Shown here: piece after piece, positions 25,301-38,002 of the stretch
Position numbering within the stretch: position 1 is the first letter of the stretch
Layout of the letters: each line of letters begins with the position of its first letter
Assembly: GCF_963921235.1 (NCBI RefSeq)
Contig: NC_086097.1
Location: 71,238,001-71,302,000, forward strand
Direction: 5' to 3'
Length of the DNA stretch: 64,000 nt
From: Mobula hypostoma
Lineage: Eukaryota
Position numbers and translations under genes: made by a program
The notes under the pieces: generated by a model
The model's database searches: none
Told to the model about the DNA's origin: nothing
What the model saw: only the letters and a program-made list of their open reading frames with translations

Positions 25301-25869
25301 ACAATCAATTTTCTTCTACTCTCTTATCCTAAAGGGTTTAACTCTTGCCGTAATTGTTTCAAGAGTGTTGGCTGATGTATTGCTAGAGTAGCCAGTACTT
25401 CATTTGTGAGTCTAGACACTTGAGTACTGACAGGGTATTGGACAAAATGAAATCTGATCTTATCCTCTTCTGCGTCAGAGATGTGTGTGGGCCTGAGTTA
25501 GAGTTCGACATATGAGAGGTGTTGAGAGCTTCTTTGCTTTTACAAAAATTCTTTGGCATTGCTGTTGGTGCCCAGTAGTGTCCTTCTACTTGAGTGTTAT
25601 TTAGAGAAAGAAAATTGACATTGTGCATCACAGTAGTGACCTTCACCCACAAGAGAATAATGACTTACCCTTGACATTCAATGGTCTGTCTGTCACTAAG
25701 CTTCCCTCAGCAACATCCCAATAGACACTCAATTAGACCAGTCTGTGGCTACAAGAGCCAGTTGGAGGATGGATATCTTCAGTAAGTGACTCTTCTCTGG
25801 ATTCCAAAGCCTTTCCATCATCTACAAGGCATAAATCAGGACCTTGATGAAATACTCTCCACTTTAAAA

Positions 25870-26185
25870 GATCAGCTTTATTTGTCACATGTACATCGGA
25901 ACATGCGTTACAATGCGTCATTGTGCATCAATGACCAATGCAGTTCAGCGATGTGTTGGCTGCAGCATGCAAGTGTGACAACGTTTCCAATTCAAGCATT
26001 GAATGCCCACAGCTCACTAACCCTAACCCTAACCCTGACCCGCATGTTTTTGTAATGTGGGAGGAAACCCACATGGTCATGGGGAGAATGTGCAAATTCC
26101 TTACAAACAATGTTGGGAATTGAAACCCAATTGTTGATCACTGGCACCAAAATGCATTGTTCTCTCCAATACACTACTGTACCAC
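25870..26185 (-). mobile_element. V-SINE (HE1-like)
   Basis: Eroded tRNA-like head, V-domain core aaggaatttgcacattctccccatgaccatgtgggtttcctcc, and tail gtacatgtgacaaataaagct. Confidence 0.75.
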
Positions 26186-26512
26186 CCTTATTGACTGGCT
26201 GACTGCAGCTCCAACAACTTTAAAGAAGCTCAGCACTATTCAGAGTAGAGAAACTTGATTGTCACTCCATCCATCACCTCAGTGTTCATTCCCTCTGTAC
26301 CAAGTGCACAGAGGCTGCAACGTAGCCATGTACAAAATCACCTGCGGGATCACTTCCAACCTGCATATTGTGCTGATTTGGATATATATTGTCACTCCTT
26401 CATCATCACTAGGTCTCAATCCTTGAACTCTCTGCCAAAAAGCACTATGGGACCAAGTGGCACGTCACCATCACCTTCTCAAGAACAGTTAAAAACGTTG
26501 GCCTATTCCAGT

Positions 26513-26632
26513 AACACACATCAAAGTCGCTGGTGAACGCAGCAGACCAGGCAGCATCTCTAGGAAGAGGTACAGTCGACGTATCGGGCTGAGACCCTTC
26601 GTCAGGACTAACTGAAGGAAGAGCTAGTAAAG
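26513..26632 (-). mobile_element. Short Penelope 3'-end copy
   Basis: Family tail plus hammerhead motif. 13-bp TSD GGCCTATTC(C/A)AGT at 26500-26512 and 26633-26645. Confidence 0.85.
26574..26609 (-). ncRNA. Minimal type I hammerhead ribozyme motif (one core substitution)
   Basis: AGUC-CUGACGA-A-GGG(UCUCAG)CCC-GAUA-C-GUC-GACU: helix I AGUC/GACU, helix II GGG/CCC, GUC cleavage triplet, GAAA changed to GAUA. Confidence 0.7.
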
Positions 26633-27639
26633 GGCCTATTCAAGTGTTGCCTATGGTAGCGATTATCTGCAATGTAGTGGTGAACCCCTGGTTTCAACGC
26701 AAACTTAAAGTAAAATGAAAGAGGTGCATTATAAATTTGGTGGATAGGATGGGAGTCAGAGCAGGGCCCATACAGGTTTCAGGAATCCCATAGATAAATT
26801 AACGTTCCTTGAGATAAAGGAACAGTGTTCAGTAGAGTTTCAGGGATAGAAATCAGCCTCCTGGAGGCTTTCTGTGCCGAGAAAGGTCAACTGCACCTCA
26901 TGGAAATCTTGTTGGTTCCCTGAATAATATATCCAGAATCCTTCTGCACTTTAGTCCTAACACACTTCCCCTCCTATTCTGATTTAATTCCTCCCACTGT
27001 CACCCATAACCTACAAACACAGTCACCAGTTCTCCACCTCTGACCATTTAAATGTGCGCAGGGCCCCAGAGATCCGCTTGTTACCTTGCCATCTGCTTCA
27101 TTACTGTTGTCTTCTGTAACCACCAGGTGGAGCCTAGTGACAGCCTCAGTGGAGAAGGAGGAGCTAAATCCCAAGATTTCCTGCCACAAAACCTGCAGAT
27201 TGTGAGGCACATGCAAAAAGCAACAGCCCGCCAGCGGTAATTGTGAGACTGGGTTAAAGAGCAGTAACTGGCGACACCAAGGTCACTTTCCTGCAATGAA
27301 GGTTTGTATAAAAGTTCAGTATGCAATTCATTCCCCTTCTCACGGCACTTTCCCAAGAAAAGTAATAGCTCCCCCATTTCAAACTGATCAGCAACCCAAA
27401 CAATCTTTCTAGATGAAGCGGTGATTCATTTTCTCTTTGTCTAATCCAGCATTTGCACTTGATTCTCACACTGCAGTCTCCCCTACGCTGGAGCAACCAA
27501 GCACAGAAAGAGTGACCACTTTGCATCACACCCTTGCTTAGTCCGTAAGGCTGGCTCTGAGCTTCAGGTCTCCAGTCTCTTTTAGCATCCAAACCTCTCT
27601 CACTCTGACTGCTCTGCCTTTGACCTGTTGCACTGTATA

Positions 27640-27840
27640 ACAATATCAAATATACCCTGGGGGAGCAGCATCCCCTCGTCCTCCTGGGTGTGTTACACTC
27701 CTTTCACCTCAATTTTGAATTCAATAATCTTAGATATCTAGCCTTTCTTGTCTGTGTCAGAACTGACAAGTTCTGATGCAATGTTATCCACCTGTAACAT
27801 TAACTCAGCTTTCCTTTTTTCACTGATGTTACCTGATGCA
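27640..27840 (+). mobile_element. Very old Penelope 3' remnant
   Basis: EQH...LG.L...LNFEFNNLR-like C-terminus followed by an eroded pseudo-LTR. Confidence 0.45.
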
Positions 27841-27859
27841 CTAAAACGTTGCACAAGAG

Positions 27860-29443
27860 GGCCTCTATACCTCTTTGTGTAATTGGATCCTCGATTTCCT
27901 CACTTGCAGACCTCAGTCAGTTCAGATTGGCAACATCTCCTCAACAATCTCCATCAGCACATGTGTACCACAAGGCTGAGTGCTTAGCCTCTTGCTCTAC
28001 TTGTCATGGTCCCAATTGTTAATTCCCTATCTTTCTCCTAATTTCCTTTGATTGTGCCACGGTTCTGACCATTAATTTCCCATTTGCTTCTAATTCTCTT
28101 TGATGACGGCACACCTGGTTTCCATCAGGACCTGCAGCATAAGAATCCCGACGTTACAACCGCTAGTTGTCAAATCGTTGGTTTTGCCAGTGTGGTAATT
28201 AATGTTTCCCGGCCGCTTAGGACCATGTGTTCTAAGTTTTGCTCCAGTTTCAAGGCTTACCTATGAAACTCTATCTCTCTGTGTCAAGGCTCTGTGTCAA
28301 GACCCCTCCTGTTTGCTGTTCAACATTCACGTCCACGTAAGCATCCTAACTCAGTCTCCTGCCTGTGTCCTGCACTTGGGTTCGCTTCACTTGCTCATTG
28401 CAACACTACTTACTTTACGCTTATGAGTGTGTGCCTAAGCACAGCTTCAATGCCATATTCAAGTTTGCTGACAATGTTACTGTTGTAGGCTGAACCAAAG
28501 GTGTTGATGAATCAGCATATAGGAGGGAGATTGAAAATCTGGTCGAGTGGTGTCATAACAATAATTTTTCATTCAATTTCAGCAGGACCAAGGAGCTGAT
28601 TATTGATTTCAGGAGGAGGAAACTGGAAGTCCATGAACCAGTCCTCATCGGAGATTCAGAGGTGGAGAAGGTCAGCAACTTTAAATTCCTTGGCATTATC
28701 ATGTCAGAGGACCTGTCCTGAGCCCAGCACATAAGTGCAATAACGAAGGAAGCACAACCATGGCTCTACTTAGGAGTTTGCGAAGATTCGTCATGTCATC
28801 TAAAACTTTGACAAACTTCTATAGATGTGTGGTGGTAAGTATATTGACTGACTGCATCACAGCCTGGTATGGAAGCACTAATGCCCTATACAAAATAGTG
28901 GAGACAGCCCAGTCCATCACGGGTAAAACCCAAGCCCTCGTCACCACTGAGCACATCTCCACGAAACGTTGTTGCAAGAAAGCAGCATCCGTCATCAGGG
29001 CTCCCACCACTCAGGTCATGTTCCCTTCTGACACCTGCCATCAGGAAGAAGGTACTCACACCACCAGGTTCAGGAACAGTTATTACCCCTCAACCATCGG
29101 GCCCTTGAACCCAAGAGAATAACTTCACTCAATTTCACTTGCCCCATTACTGAAATATTCCCACAGCCTGTAGACTCCCCCACTTTTGAGGACTCTTCAT
29201 CTCAATTTTTTTTGTTTATTTATTTACTGGTATTATTTCTTTCTTTCTGTATTTGCGGTTTGCTGTATTTTGCACCTGGTTGAATGCCAAAATTGGCATT
29301 GTCTTCCATTGTTTTTATTATGGTTATTATTCTATTATGGGTTTTTTGTGTATGCCTTCAAGACAATGAATGTCAGGGTTGTATATGGTGACATATACAG
29401 TGTGTACTTCGATAATAAATTCACTCAGAATTTTGAACTTTGA
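27860..29443 (+). mobile_element. Rex1/Babar LINE (RT to 3' end), split by a solo LTR
   Basis: [19 protein letters not shown] / LY.YECV.KHS, KFAD, ORF 28760-29122, (TTTGAAC)n tail. Confidence 0.9.
28002..28405. mobile_element. Solo LTR
   Basis: TGTC...AACA termini and 5-bp TSD CTACT (27997-28001, 28406-28410). Removing it rejoins the Rex1 RT motif. Confidence 0.85.
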
Positions 29444-30019
29444 AAGAGTTCTCACATTATTTTATCAGAATTTTCCACCAACTTCTGTGCTCTATATCTC
29501 ATCTTGCAGAATTTCTTTCTTTCTGTTACCCTCATTCAAAGGGAAGGTTATTGATTCAGCTGTTGTTTTTTCTCATCTCTCTGTAGATGCTGCCTGACCT
29601 GCTGAGAACCCTCAGCATTTTCTACTTTCTACCGTGCATTGCAGTGGGCCTGTTGTGAGGGGTGCAGGTTCAATGAAATAGGTGCAATGTTTCAAAACAT
29701 TCACAGGAGACTTCTAATCCACTGTTTGTGCATAACATACAGGGCCAAACGCATTTGCCTCATCCAAAGCCAAAGCAATTGTGTTATTACAGTTATGCAA
29801 AGTAAACCAATTAATATAACAGGACAATATGGTTTAATATGACTGGTCAATATTTTTTAAGGTATGACCATGAATAATCTGCTATCATGCAAGGTTGATA
29901 GATGTCAATTTTCGCAGCTCGCAGAAGTGCTAACCAAACTCTTTCTAGATATTGTTTGCTTGTCCAACTGGAGTGAATGTCAGAGTGCAGTTAAACCATA
30001 TAAGTGAATCAACAAGGGG

Positions 30020-31780
30020 GATGTTCGACAGCTGAGGCAGGACTTGAATCTAATCACCTTCTACAAAGTTAAATCAAGTAATACAGGAGACAGCAGGGTT
30101 TTGGTTCCAGATGAGCTCAATGCCTTCTATGCTTGCTTTGACTGTCAGAATTTGGAGGAATCATTGCAAACCCCCACTTCCCCCAATGAACCCTTGATCT
30201 CAGTATCTGAAGCTGACATGCAGGCTGCCTTCAAGAGGCTTAGTCCAAGGAAAGCATCTAGACTGGACACCATCCCTGGCCACATATGAAAGACATGTGC
30301 TGGAGTGTTCACTGAGATCTTTAACCTCTCATTTTGGTAGTGTGTGGTACCCACCTGCTTCGAGCAGGCTTCAGTTACACCGATGCCCAAAAGAAGCGTG
30401 GTGATCTGCCTCAATGACTATCGCCCAGTTGCACTTACATCCATCGTGATGAAATGTTTTGAGAGGTTGGTGATGAAACATATCAATTTGCCTACCGAAG
30501 CAATGGGTCCACAGCAGACAGACTCTCGTTGGCTCTTAACTCAACCCTGGACATCTAGATAGCAAAGGTGCATACATCAATATGCTCTTTATTGAATACA
30601 GCTCAGCATTTAATACCACCATCCCCTCAAAATTAAATAATAAGTTCCAAGACCTTGGCCTCTATACCTCCCTGTGCAATTGGATTCTAGATTTCCTCAC
30701 AGGTAGATCTAGTCAGTTCGTATTGGCATCAACACTTCCTCCACAATCTCCACAGGTGCTCTACAGGGCTGTGTGCTTAACCACCTGCTCTACCTGCTTT
30801 ACACCTATGACTGTGTGGTTTGAGCACAGCTCCAATGCCATAGAAAAGTTTGCTGATGTGGGCCGAACCGAAGGTGGTGATGAATCAGCATACAGGAGGG
30901 AGATCGAAAATTTCTCTGAGTTGTGTCATAACTTCTCACAATGTCAACAAGACCAAGGAACTGATTATGAATTTCAGGAGGGTGAAACCAGAGGTCCACG
31001 AGGTAGTCCTCATTGGAGGATCAGAGGTGGAGGGAGTTAGCAATTTTAATTTCCTATGTGTAATTATCTCAGAGGATCTGCCCTGGACCCAGCATGTAAA
31101 TCCAATTGTGAGGAAAGCAATAGAGCACTTCTCCTTCTTTAGGAGTCTGCAGAGATTTGGCATAACATCTAAAACTTAGAGAAACTTCTATAGATGTGTA
31201 GCTGCATCATGGCCTGGTATGGAAACACCAATACCTTTGAATGGAAAATCATACAAAGTGCAGTGGATTTGGCCCAGGCCATCAGGGGTAAAGCCCTCCC
31301 AATCATTGAGCAGATCTACATGAAGCACTGTTGCAGGAAGGCAACATCCATCAACAGAGATTCCCATCACACAGGTCATGCTCTCTTCTCGCTGCTGTCA
31401 TCAGGAAGAAGGTACGAGAGCCTCAGGACTCACACCACCAGGTTCGGGAACACACGCTCCCCTCAACCATCAGGCTTTTGAAAAAAAGGGGATAATTTCA
31501 CTCAAATTCACTTGGTCCATCATTGAAATGCTCCAACAACCAATGATCTTACTTTAAGGACTCTTTATCTCATTGTCTTCTGTTCTCATAATTTATGCTG
31601 TTTATTTATATTTGCATTTGCACCATTAGTTGTCTTCTGCATTCTGGCTGATCTTTCATTGATCTTATTATAGTTACTATTCTATTTGATTTGCTGACAA
31701 TGCCCACAGTAAGATGAATCTCAGGGTTGTATATGGTGATATATATGTACTTTGTTAATAACATTTACTTTGAACTTTGA
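30020..31780 (+). mobile_element. Rex1/Babar LINE, 5'-truncated
   Basis: [80 protein letters not shown], and tttgaactttga tail. Confidence 0.95.
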
Positions 31781-33774
31781 AATGGAATTGGCAAAGACAT
31801 CCATTGTTCTATGCTTGCAAAGGGAAGCAGAGCTCTGAATGATATTTGATGTAATATTGCTTAAGGCATTCTCATGAAATTGTTTTCTCTTCTAAATTGT
31901 GTGGTGCCAAAGGAGCACTCAAAGCAATTTCCATCCTTGCCACATTGTTTCTGAATGTTCCATTGCAAATTTAAACAAAGGTTATTGGCCAAAAATTTCA
32001 GAAGAGGTGTAAAACTGAAAGATATTGAGAACCAAATGGCTGTAAATACTGTTAGTACACCACATCCACCTAAAAGAGAACTGAAGTAATAATGGCTCTG
32101 AATCATTCGACTTCATGCTCCATCATGAAGAAATGACAAAGAGGATCAGCAGGTTCAGGACATCTACAACTGCATCTGTGAACATGTGGGAATCTGATGC
32201 CTGGTAGAGGTAACTTAAGAAAATGGCAGCAGTTCCTCATCGAAGATGGTGGCCCTTCTTTATGTACAGGTCATTACAGCACCCTCTAGATACCATTATT
32301 TTAATATAGTTCCTTCTCCAGGTGGAGAGCTTTCATCGACGTGTGGTAATTTTTTTCAAAGTCTGTAGAAGTGCAACCCATCCACTTATGGGCCTTTGGA
32401 ACTTGAAGCTCGGTGCTGAAGACACAAATTCACAAATGCTTGCTCACTTCAACATGCACCCCTGATATAGCACTTTTAAAAAGTGGAAGAATATTGAGTA
32501 AAGCTTGGTGGCATTCAAATTTTGGAAAAACTGAAACCCATCAGTTTCCCTTCAAAGTATCTTGATTAGCATGTTTGCTTTCATTGTAAATTGTAATTTA
32601 GCTTTAATTTGTATTTGTAGCTTTACGCTCTGCATCAGTCAAAAGGTTGAAATCAATACTACTCACACACATACAAATATAGTTTCCAGTAAGAAGCGTT
32701 AGTGCAGTCTTGGTATTAAATGCATTCAGTTGAAATAAATGGAGCAAATGTTTGCTCACATTTAAGTGGGTGCAATATGATACAACTACTTTGTTTTGTT
32801 TTGGCACAGTTTCAGATTTATGTTTTGCCCTTTTTATGCTATGAAGCAAAGCAGATTGTATAAAACAATAACAACTTATACATAGATTAAAGTAAGTTTC
32901 ACAATTAGCATACTAAAAAGGCCTATTCCTAAAATACTGTTTTTGACACTTTCTTTCTACACTATGATTAAAAAAGGAAAGCTTGAATTGATTTAACATT
33001 TTTCACTTTCCTTTCAGGATGTTATAAAGTGCTTTGCAGACACTTTGGAACTCAGGGACATAAGTACGTGTGAGAAGGTGTAGACTAGTCAGACCCTCAA
33101 GCCTCCCCCAACGTTCAATATTGCCAAGGCTGATCTGCATGGACTTCCCGTCCTCTTGTGCTTTAGTCCCACAGACTCCCCAGGCTTCCACAGATGTATT
33201 TACTTACTTTTAAGATATCCCCAGTGATTTAGCTCCCCAATGTTCTGTGCTAGACAATTCCAGAGACTCCCCACCCTAAGCAAAAATAAATTCTTTTGAA
33301 GTGTAGCCAATTACATAATTGGTTTGTAGGAGCTTGTTGTGCTCAAAGTGCTGCTGTTTCAAAATAACAAATAGGAAACTGAAGAAAACTTCTCTTTCCT
33401 GCAACTCCAGAGATGAAAAGCAAACCAAGATAACCTGTAAACACGGTGACTCATCAACACCATTGACAAAACTGTGTTCTGAGGTGAAATGAATTTCAAA
33501 TTCTTTGAATAGATGTCTTTCTTATTCCTCTGTTGCATTTGTGTGTGAAGCAAAACTAATGCTAATGAGGGAGGAAAGCATATTTTTGATTGATGGTATA
33601 TCAACCACATCATTTCCATAACTGCACTCATCACTTGATCCATATTCTTGCCTCTTCTCTTAAAATCCTCCTTTCAATGACATGTCAAAATAATTCCAGA
33701 GTGCTGAAAATATTCTGGAAACTGAAAAACACAGACTATCTGTATTCTGAAAGGAATTTTATTTTGGGGATTTT

Positions 33775-34130
33775 ATATATAGATGTTTATAAAATTAGGA
33801 GGGGTACAGATAGGGTAAATGCATGCAGGCTTTTTCCACTGAGATTGGGTGAGACTAGAACTAGATGTCATGGGTTAAGGGTGAAAGGTGAAATAGTTAA
33901 GGGAACATGAGGTGGAACTTTTCCACTTAGAGGGTGGTGAGTTGAAGTGGTGGATACAGATTTGATTTCACCATTCAAGAGAAGTTTGGGTAAGTACATG
34001 GGAGGAGGGGTTTGGAGGGCTATGGCCCAGGTGCAGGTCAATGGGACTAGGTAGAATAATAAATCAGCATGGACTAGATGGGCTGAAGGGTCTGTTTCAG
34101 TGGTGTAGTGCTTTGTAACTCTATGACTCT
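33775..34130 (+). mobile_element. CR1 3' end
   Basis: VYKIRRG.DRVN...LFP...ETRTR.HGLRVKG and a ctctatgactct tail. Confidence 0.85.
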
Positions 34131-34337
34131 CCTTGCCCAGCTGTTTGATGGAAGAGACACTCTTTAGGAAGGGGGGCTCACTATAGACCTATCCTTCCCA
34201 CTCTAATTGGCCAACTACTTTGTACTGTCTGGCCTCTGCTGATGGAAATGGGCTGGTTGCTCTGATGCACTCTCAGGCTCCACATACCTTTCTTTAAATA
34301 TACACCAACTCTAGTACTAAAACCCTGGGAACATTTG

Positions 34338-35040
34338 CAGACACCCCACCCTGCAAAAACCCATTTCAGGGAGGTAGCACCATCAATTTGCGGGAGACTG
34401 CCCGGAGAGGTGGGACATCTGCAATAGAGTAGCTCCTTAGCAGCTGGCCAGTTAGTTTAAATAACGTTAGCTATGCTAATGAACAAATGACACCTGTTAA
34501 ACTCACCTCAACACGTCTTTTACAGTCTTAACCCACCATGGGCAATAGAAAAGTCACTGTTGCAAACAGTGCAGCGAGCAACACTGTCATTATTTTGACC
34601 CCTATTAGGCAGGGGTACACTTTAGTGTAGTCTGGGGTGACGTACGTTTTATTTTTTTTGGAACACTCTGCAATGGCGCGCTCTTTCTCACGCGCTTTCT
34701 CTCTCGCGCTCTCTCTTTCTTGTGGTCGCTTGCGCGTTCTCAAGCGCTCTCACTTGCTTTCTCACTCGCTCGCTCTCTCCCCCTCTCTCGCTTGCTTTCG
34801 CTCTCGCTCGCTCGCTCGCTCGCTCTTGCTCTCTCGCTCGCACTCTCTCGCTTGCTTTCTCTCTTGCTCTCTCACGCGCACTCTCTCTCTCGAGGTCTCT
34901 CTCGTGCTCTCTCTTGCTTTTCTCTCGCTTGCTCTCAAAAAAATTGATTTCCGTGATATTGTATATAATTTGCGGGCATCAGGGAGCCACTATTCATATG
35001 CAGGAGACTCCCGGAAGTTCTGGGAGAGGTGGGATGTCTG
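34338..35040. mobile_element. Non-autonomous TIR DNA transposon with internal CT/CG-rich simple repeat
   Basis: Termini CAGACACCCCACC / GGTGGGATGTCTG, with CATTTG on both sides (34332-34337, 35041-35046). Confidence 0.8.
34676..34936. repeat. Imperfect (CT)n/(CTCG)n low-complexity tract
   Basis: Direct reading. Confidence 0.9.
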
Positions 35041-37906
35041 CATTTGAGTCAATGGGAGAATTATATATTATTGGGGCCTGTATATTATAAACACTAAAAA
35101 AATAATTTCCTTAGTTATAGACTAAGTAATAAAGTAGCTTATAACCTGAAATCCTTCAAGTGTCACCACAGAAATAGGTGAAGTATGTCTCTCAAGTTAA
35201 TGGACTTTCTTGTTAAACATCTACCTATTCAGTTCTTAAACAGCAATTTTGCTTCATAACACCAACTTGTTGACATTTTGCTCAAATAAAAGTCCTTAGT
35301 TGTGTAATCAGAACATTTCCTGCCACCACTTTTCATTTAACTTCATTCCCTTTTCAATATGACAATGCATACAGCTGTTAGATTTGTTGCTAATGATCCA
35401 TCTGATGTTGAATTAGAGCTTGGCTCTCTGGAGGAAATCACTTACATCAGTCACAAACAATTACTGATGTTAATATGATCTGCAGCCTAGTCAGAATATT
35501 GTAATTCCAATACAAGCTTCTCTGTCACCGGACAGGAGATGTTGGCATCAAGGAAAATAACACTCAGAAAAGTTCCACTTCGCCAAAGACAACTACAGGG
35601 AGGGAATAAACTAAAGAGTGCTGGACAATAGATGGGGTTGAAGTTTCTTATGTAATTCCAAAAGACAAAAGCTAAAGTGCTGTGCTGTTGAACATGGAGT
35701 AAAATTGAAGGTAACAACCTTGTGCACTTTTCTGTGCACCTTTGTACCCATCAGAAAAACTGGCTTTTCATTTCTCATAGGCATATTGATTCGCTGCAGC
35801 CGTTTTTTTGTTTCTCTAGTCTCAAACCTAAAATTATGTCAACTGCAATGCATCAAGCAAAAGACATCTGTATTTTAAAATATTTTAAATATCTTTTCTT
35901 ATTCCACACAGAACAACTAATTTTTGCTAACCTTCTTTCCCTGGATTCAAAATAAAAGGGCTAATAGATATCTGCTTTTATGGCCTGCACAGAGACCTGT
36001 ACTATCCTATGTCCTCACACACTGCTTTGCCTATGGAAGCTAGGGTCACAGTTCATTCTTTGGTTCCGTGCACCAGGATCATTTCAGGCTGAAGTTCTGT
36101 GCCACATCTCACTCTGCAATAGGAAGTTCACTAAAAATCCCATCTCAAGGAGAGGAATCTTCACCTCCTTCTCCTTTGGCCTATGAGTGTAGGCGGAGTG
36201 CAGCCATTCAGAGATCTCAACAACCTTAGCTGAGGAATGGCTGACTTAATTGGCCTTTTCGCTGAAAGAACTAGTCTCCTGCTCTTCACTACACTCTCTG
36301 GTTCTCTCTGATCTCCAGGGAGCAGTCTCGCAATCTCTGCCCGTCATTTCAGCACCCACTTCCAGCTGTAGCTGGAGCTCCGTTGCATTTGCTGTGTTCC
36401 TTCATTGACTGGATTTTGATAAAAACAGTTGTTGTTGAAAGTTGTGAACAGTGCCCAAAAAATTATGCTAGTGATTCAGTAAAAAAGCAAAAGGAACTCT
36501 GGGAAATGCTGTGCAATTTGGCTGGAGTAACTGAAGATAAAATAAAAGCAAGAACCTAAGAGAAATTAAAATAAAACAGTGGTTGCTGGAAATATGAAAT
36601 TAAAATGTTGGACTTGAGACAACAGATTTGCCAACAGTCAAAAAGTGAAATGACTAGCCAGAAAATGATGGAGTTTGTTCAAATCTAAGATTGCTAAACA
36701 GATATGCGGTGCCCAAGAGAAAAATTGTTCAATTCTATTGCAGCTACTCTTCCTAAATGTCAACCTGCCATTTGTCTCTACAGGCTATTTTTAATGGTGC
36801 AAAGCTGTGTGATTATAAAGATGTTAAAGTTTTGCAAAGGTCAAAAATCTATTGAATTCCATGTAAATGTTATCAGAGCACCGGAAAAACAGAAGTCATA
36901 CTAAAGAAACACTGATGTCTTAACAAATACATTGCAGACTCCAAAGTGAGACTTGGGATCTTAATGATCTATGTGGTATCTCATGCTGAATCTATACTCA
37001 AAGATAGTACATTTATATTTAAAAGCCAAACATTTAATAAGTATTCTTTGTTCAGAAATAACTTCAGCATCAGAGATCTATTACTTACTGGTAGCAAATC
37101 ATAAAATGCATGGGGCTCCCTGCTGAAGGTATTATTTTAAGGAAAAGCCATTGAGATGAGGAGAAAGGTATAGGTGGTGAATATAAAACCCAAAAGCAAC
37201 CATACAAGTAATCAATAATTAAGAGGCATTTTAAAGGTGATGCAAAGAACTGACCCAGGTGCATTTTGGTGGTTTATGGTAAATGGTACACATATTTCCT
37301 GCAGCAGTCCTGTTTGAATGCCCTGTATCAGCAGGGGATGAGCAATCTATGCTGGGAGAGGGGTGTAAAACAAAACTGAGGATTTGGCCTTTAGAGTCAG
37401 GAAATAATCTCACGACTGCTCCTGAAAAGTCACAAGGAAAGATGGGAGTTCACACAAATCTACTTAATGACTGGTTATGAATTCCTGACGCCATGGGATA
37501 TGGTTACACCCCTTTTATCCTACTTCCCATTCCACTTTCCAATGCAACCTTGCATGCATTAGATGCTAATTTGTCAGGACATTGCAATAAAAGACAGCCG
37601 ATGTTGATCAAAAATGCAAGAGAAGAAATTATGGATAGCAAGTATGAAAAATCAGCTTAAACATTTTAATGAAGAAGGCCTGGCCTTAACAGATGATATC
37701 TCATTACAGTTGTTACCTTTAAAAACAAATTACAAAATATAATTATCACAGTATTTATTCACGAAAGTTTGAACATGCCTGAGCCTCCTTCACTTTACTG
37801 TGCTGTGATGGAGCCTTCACATTAGATATCATATGTTCTTTTTTTCTAGCACAAAAAGCAAGTTAAAATGAAACGTCTAGTTACCTCAGGACGCCTTTTG
37901 GCAGAA

Positions 37907-38002
37907 AGTCCTGAAGAAGGGTATCGGCTTGAACCATCAACTATCTGTTCATTTCTATAGATTCCGCCTGACCTGCTGAGCTCCTCCAGCTTTTTGTGTG
38001 TG
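37907..38002 (+). mobile_element. 96-bp Penelope 3'-end copy starting at a hammerhead motif
   Basis: agtc-CTGAAGA-agggtatcggctt-GAAC-catc-aact...cctgacctgctgagctcctccagc. 8-bp TSD TGGCAGAA at 37899-37906 and 38003-38010. Confidence 0.85.

Noticed and set aside
26017-26040. Interstitial telomeric repeat (TAACCC)3
   Set aside because: Only 3-4 units, within a SINE body; most likely local slippage.
34528-35090. Ser/Leu/Arg-rich ORFs
   Set aside because: Artefacts of the stop-free CT/CG simple repeat.
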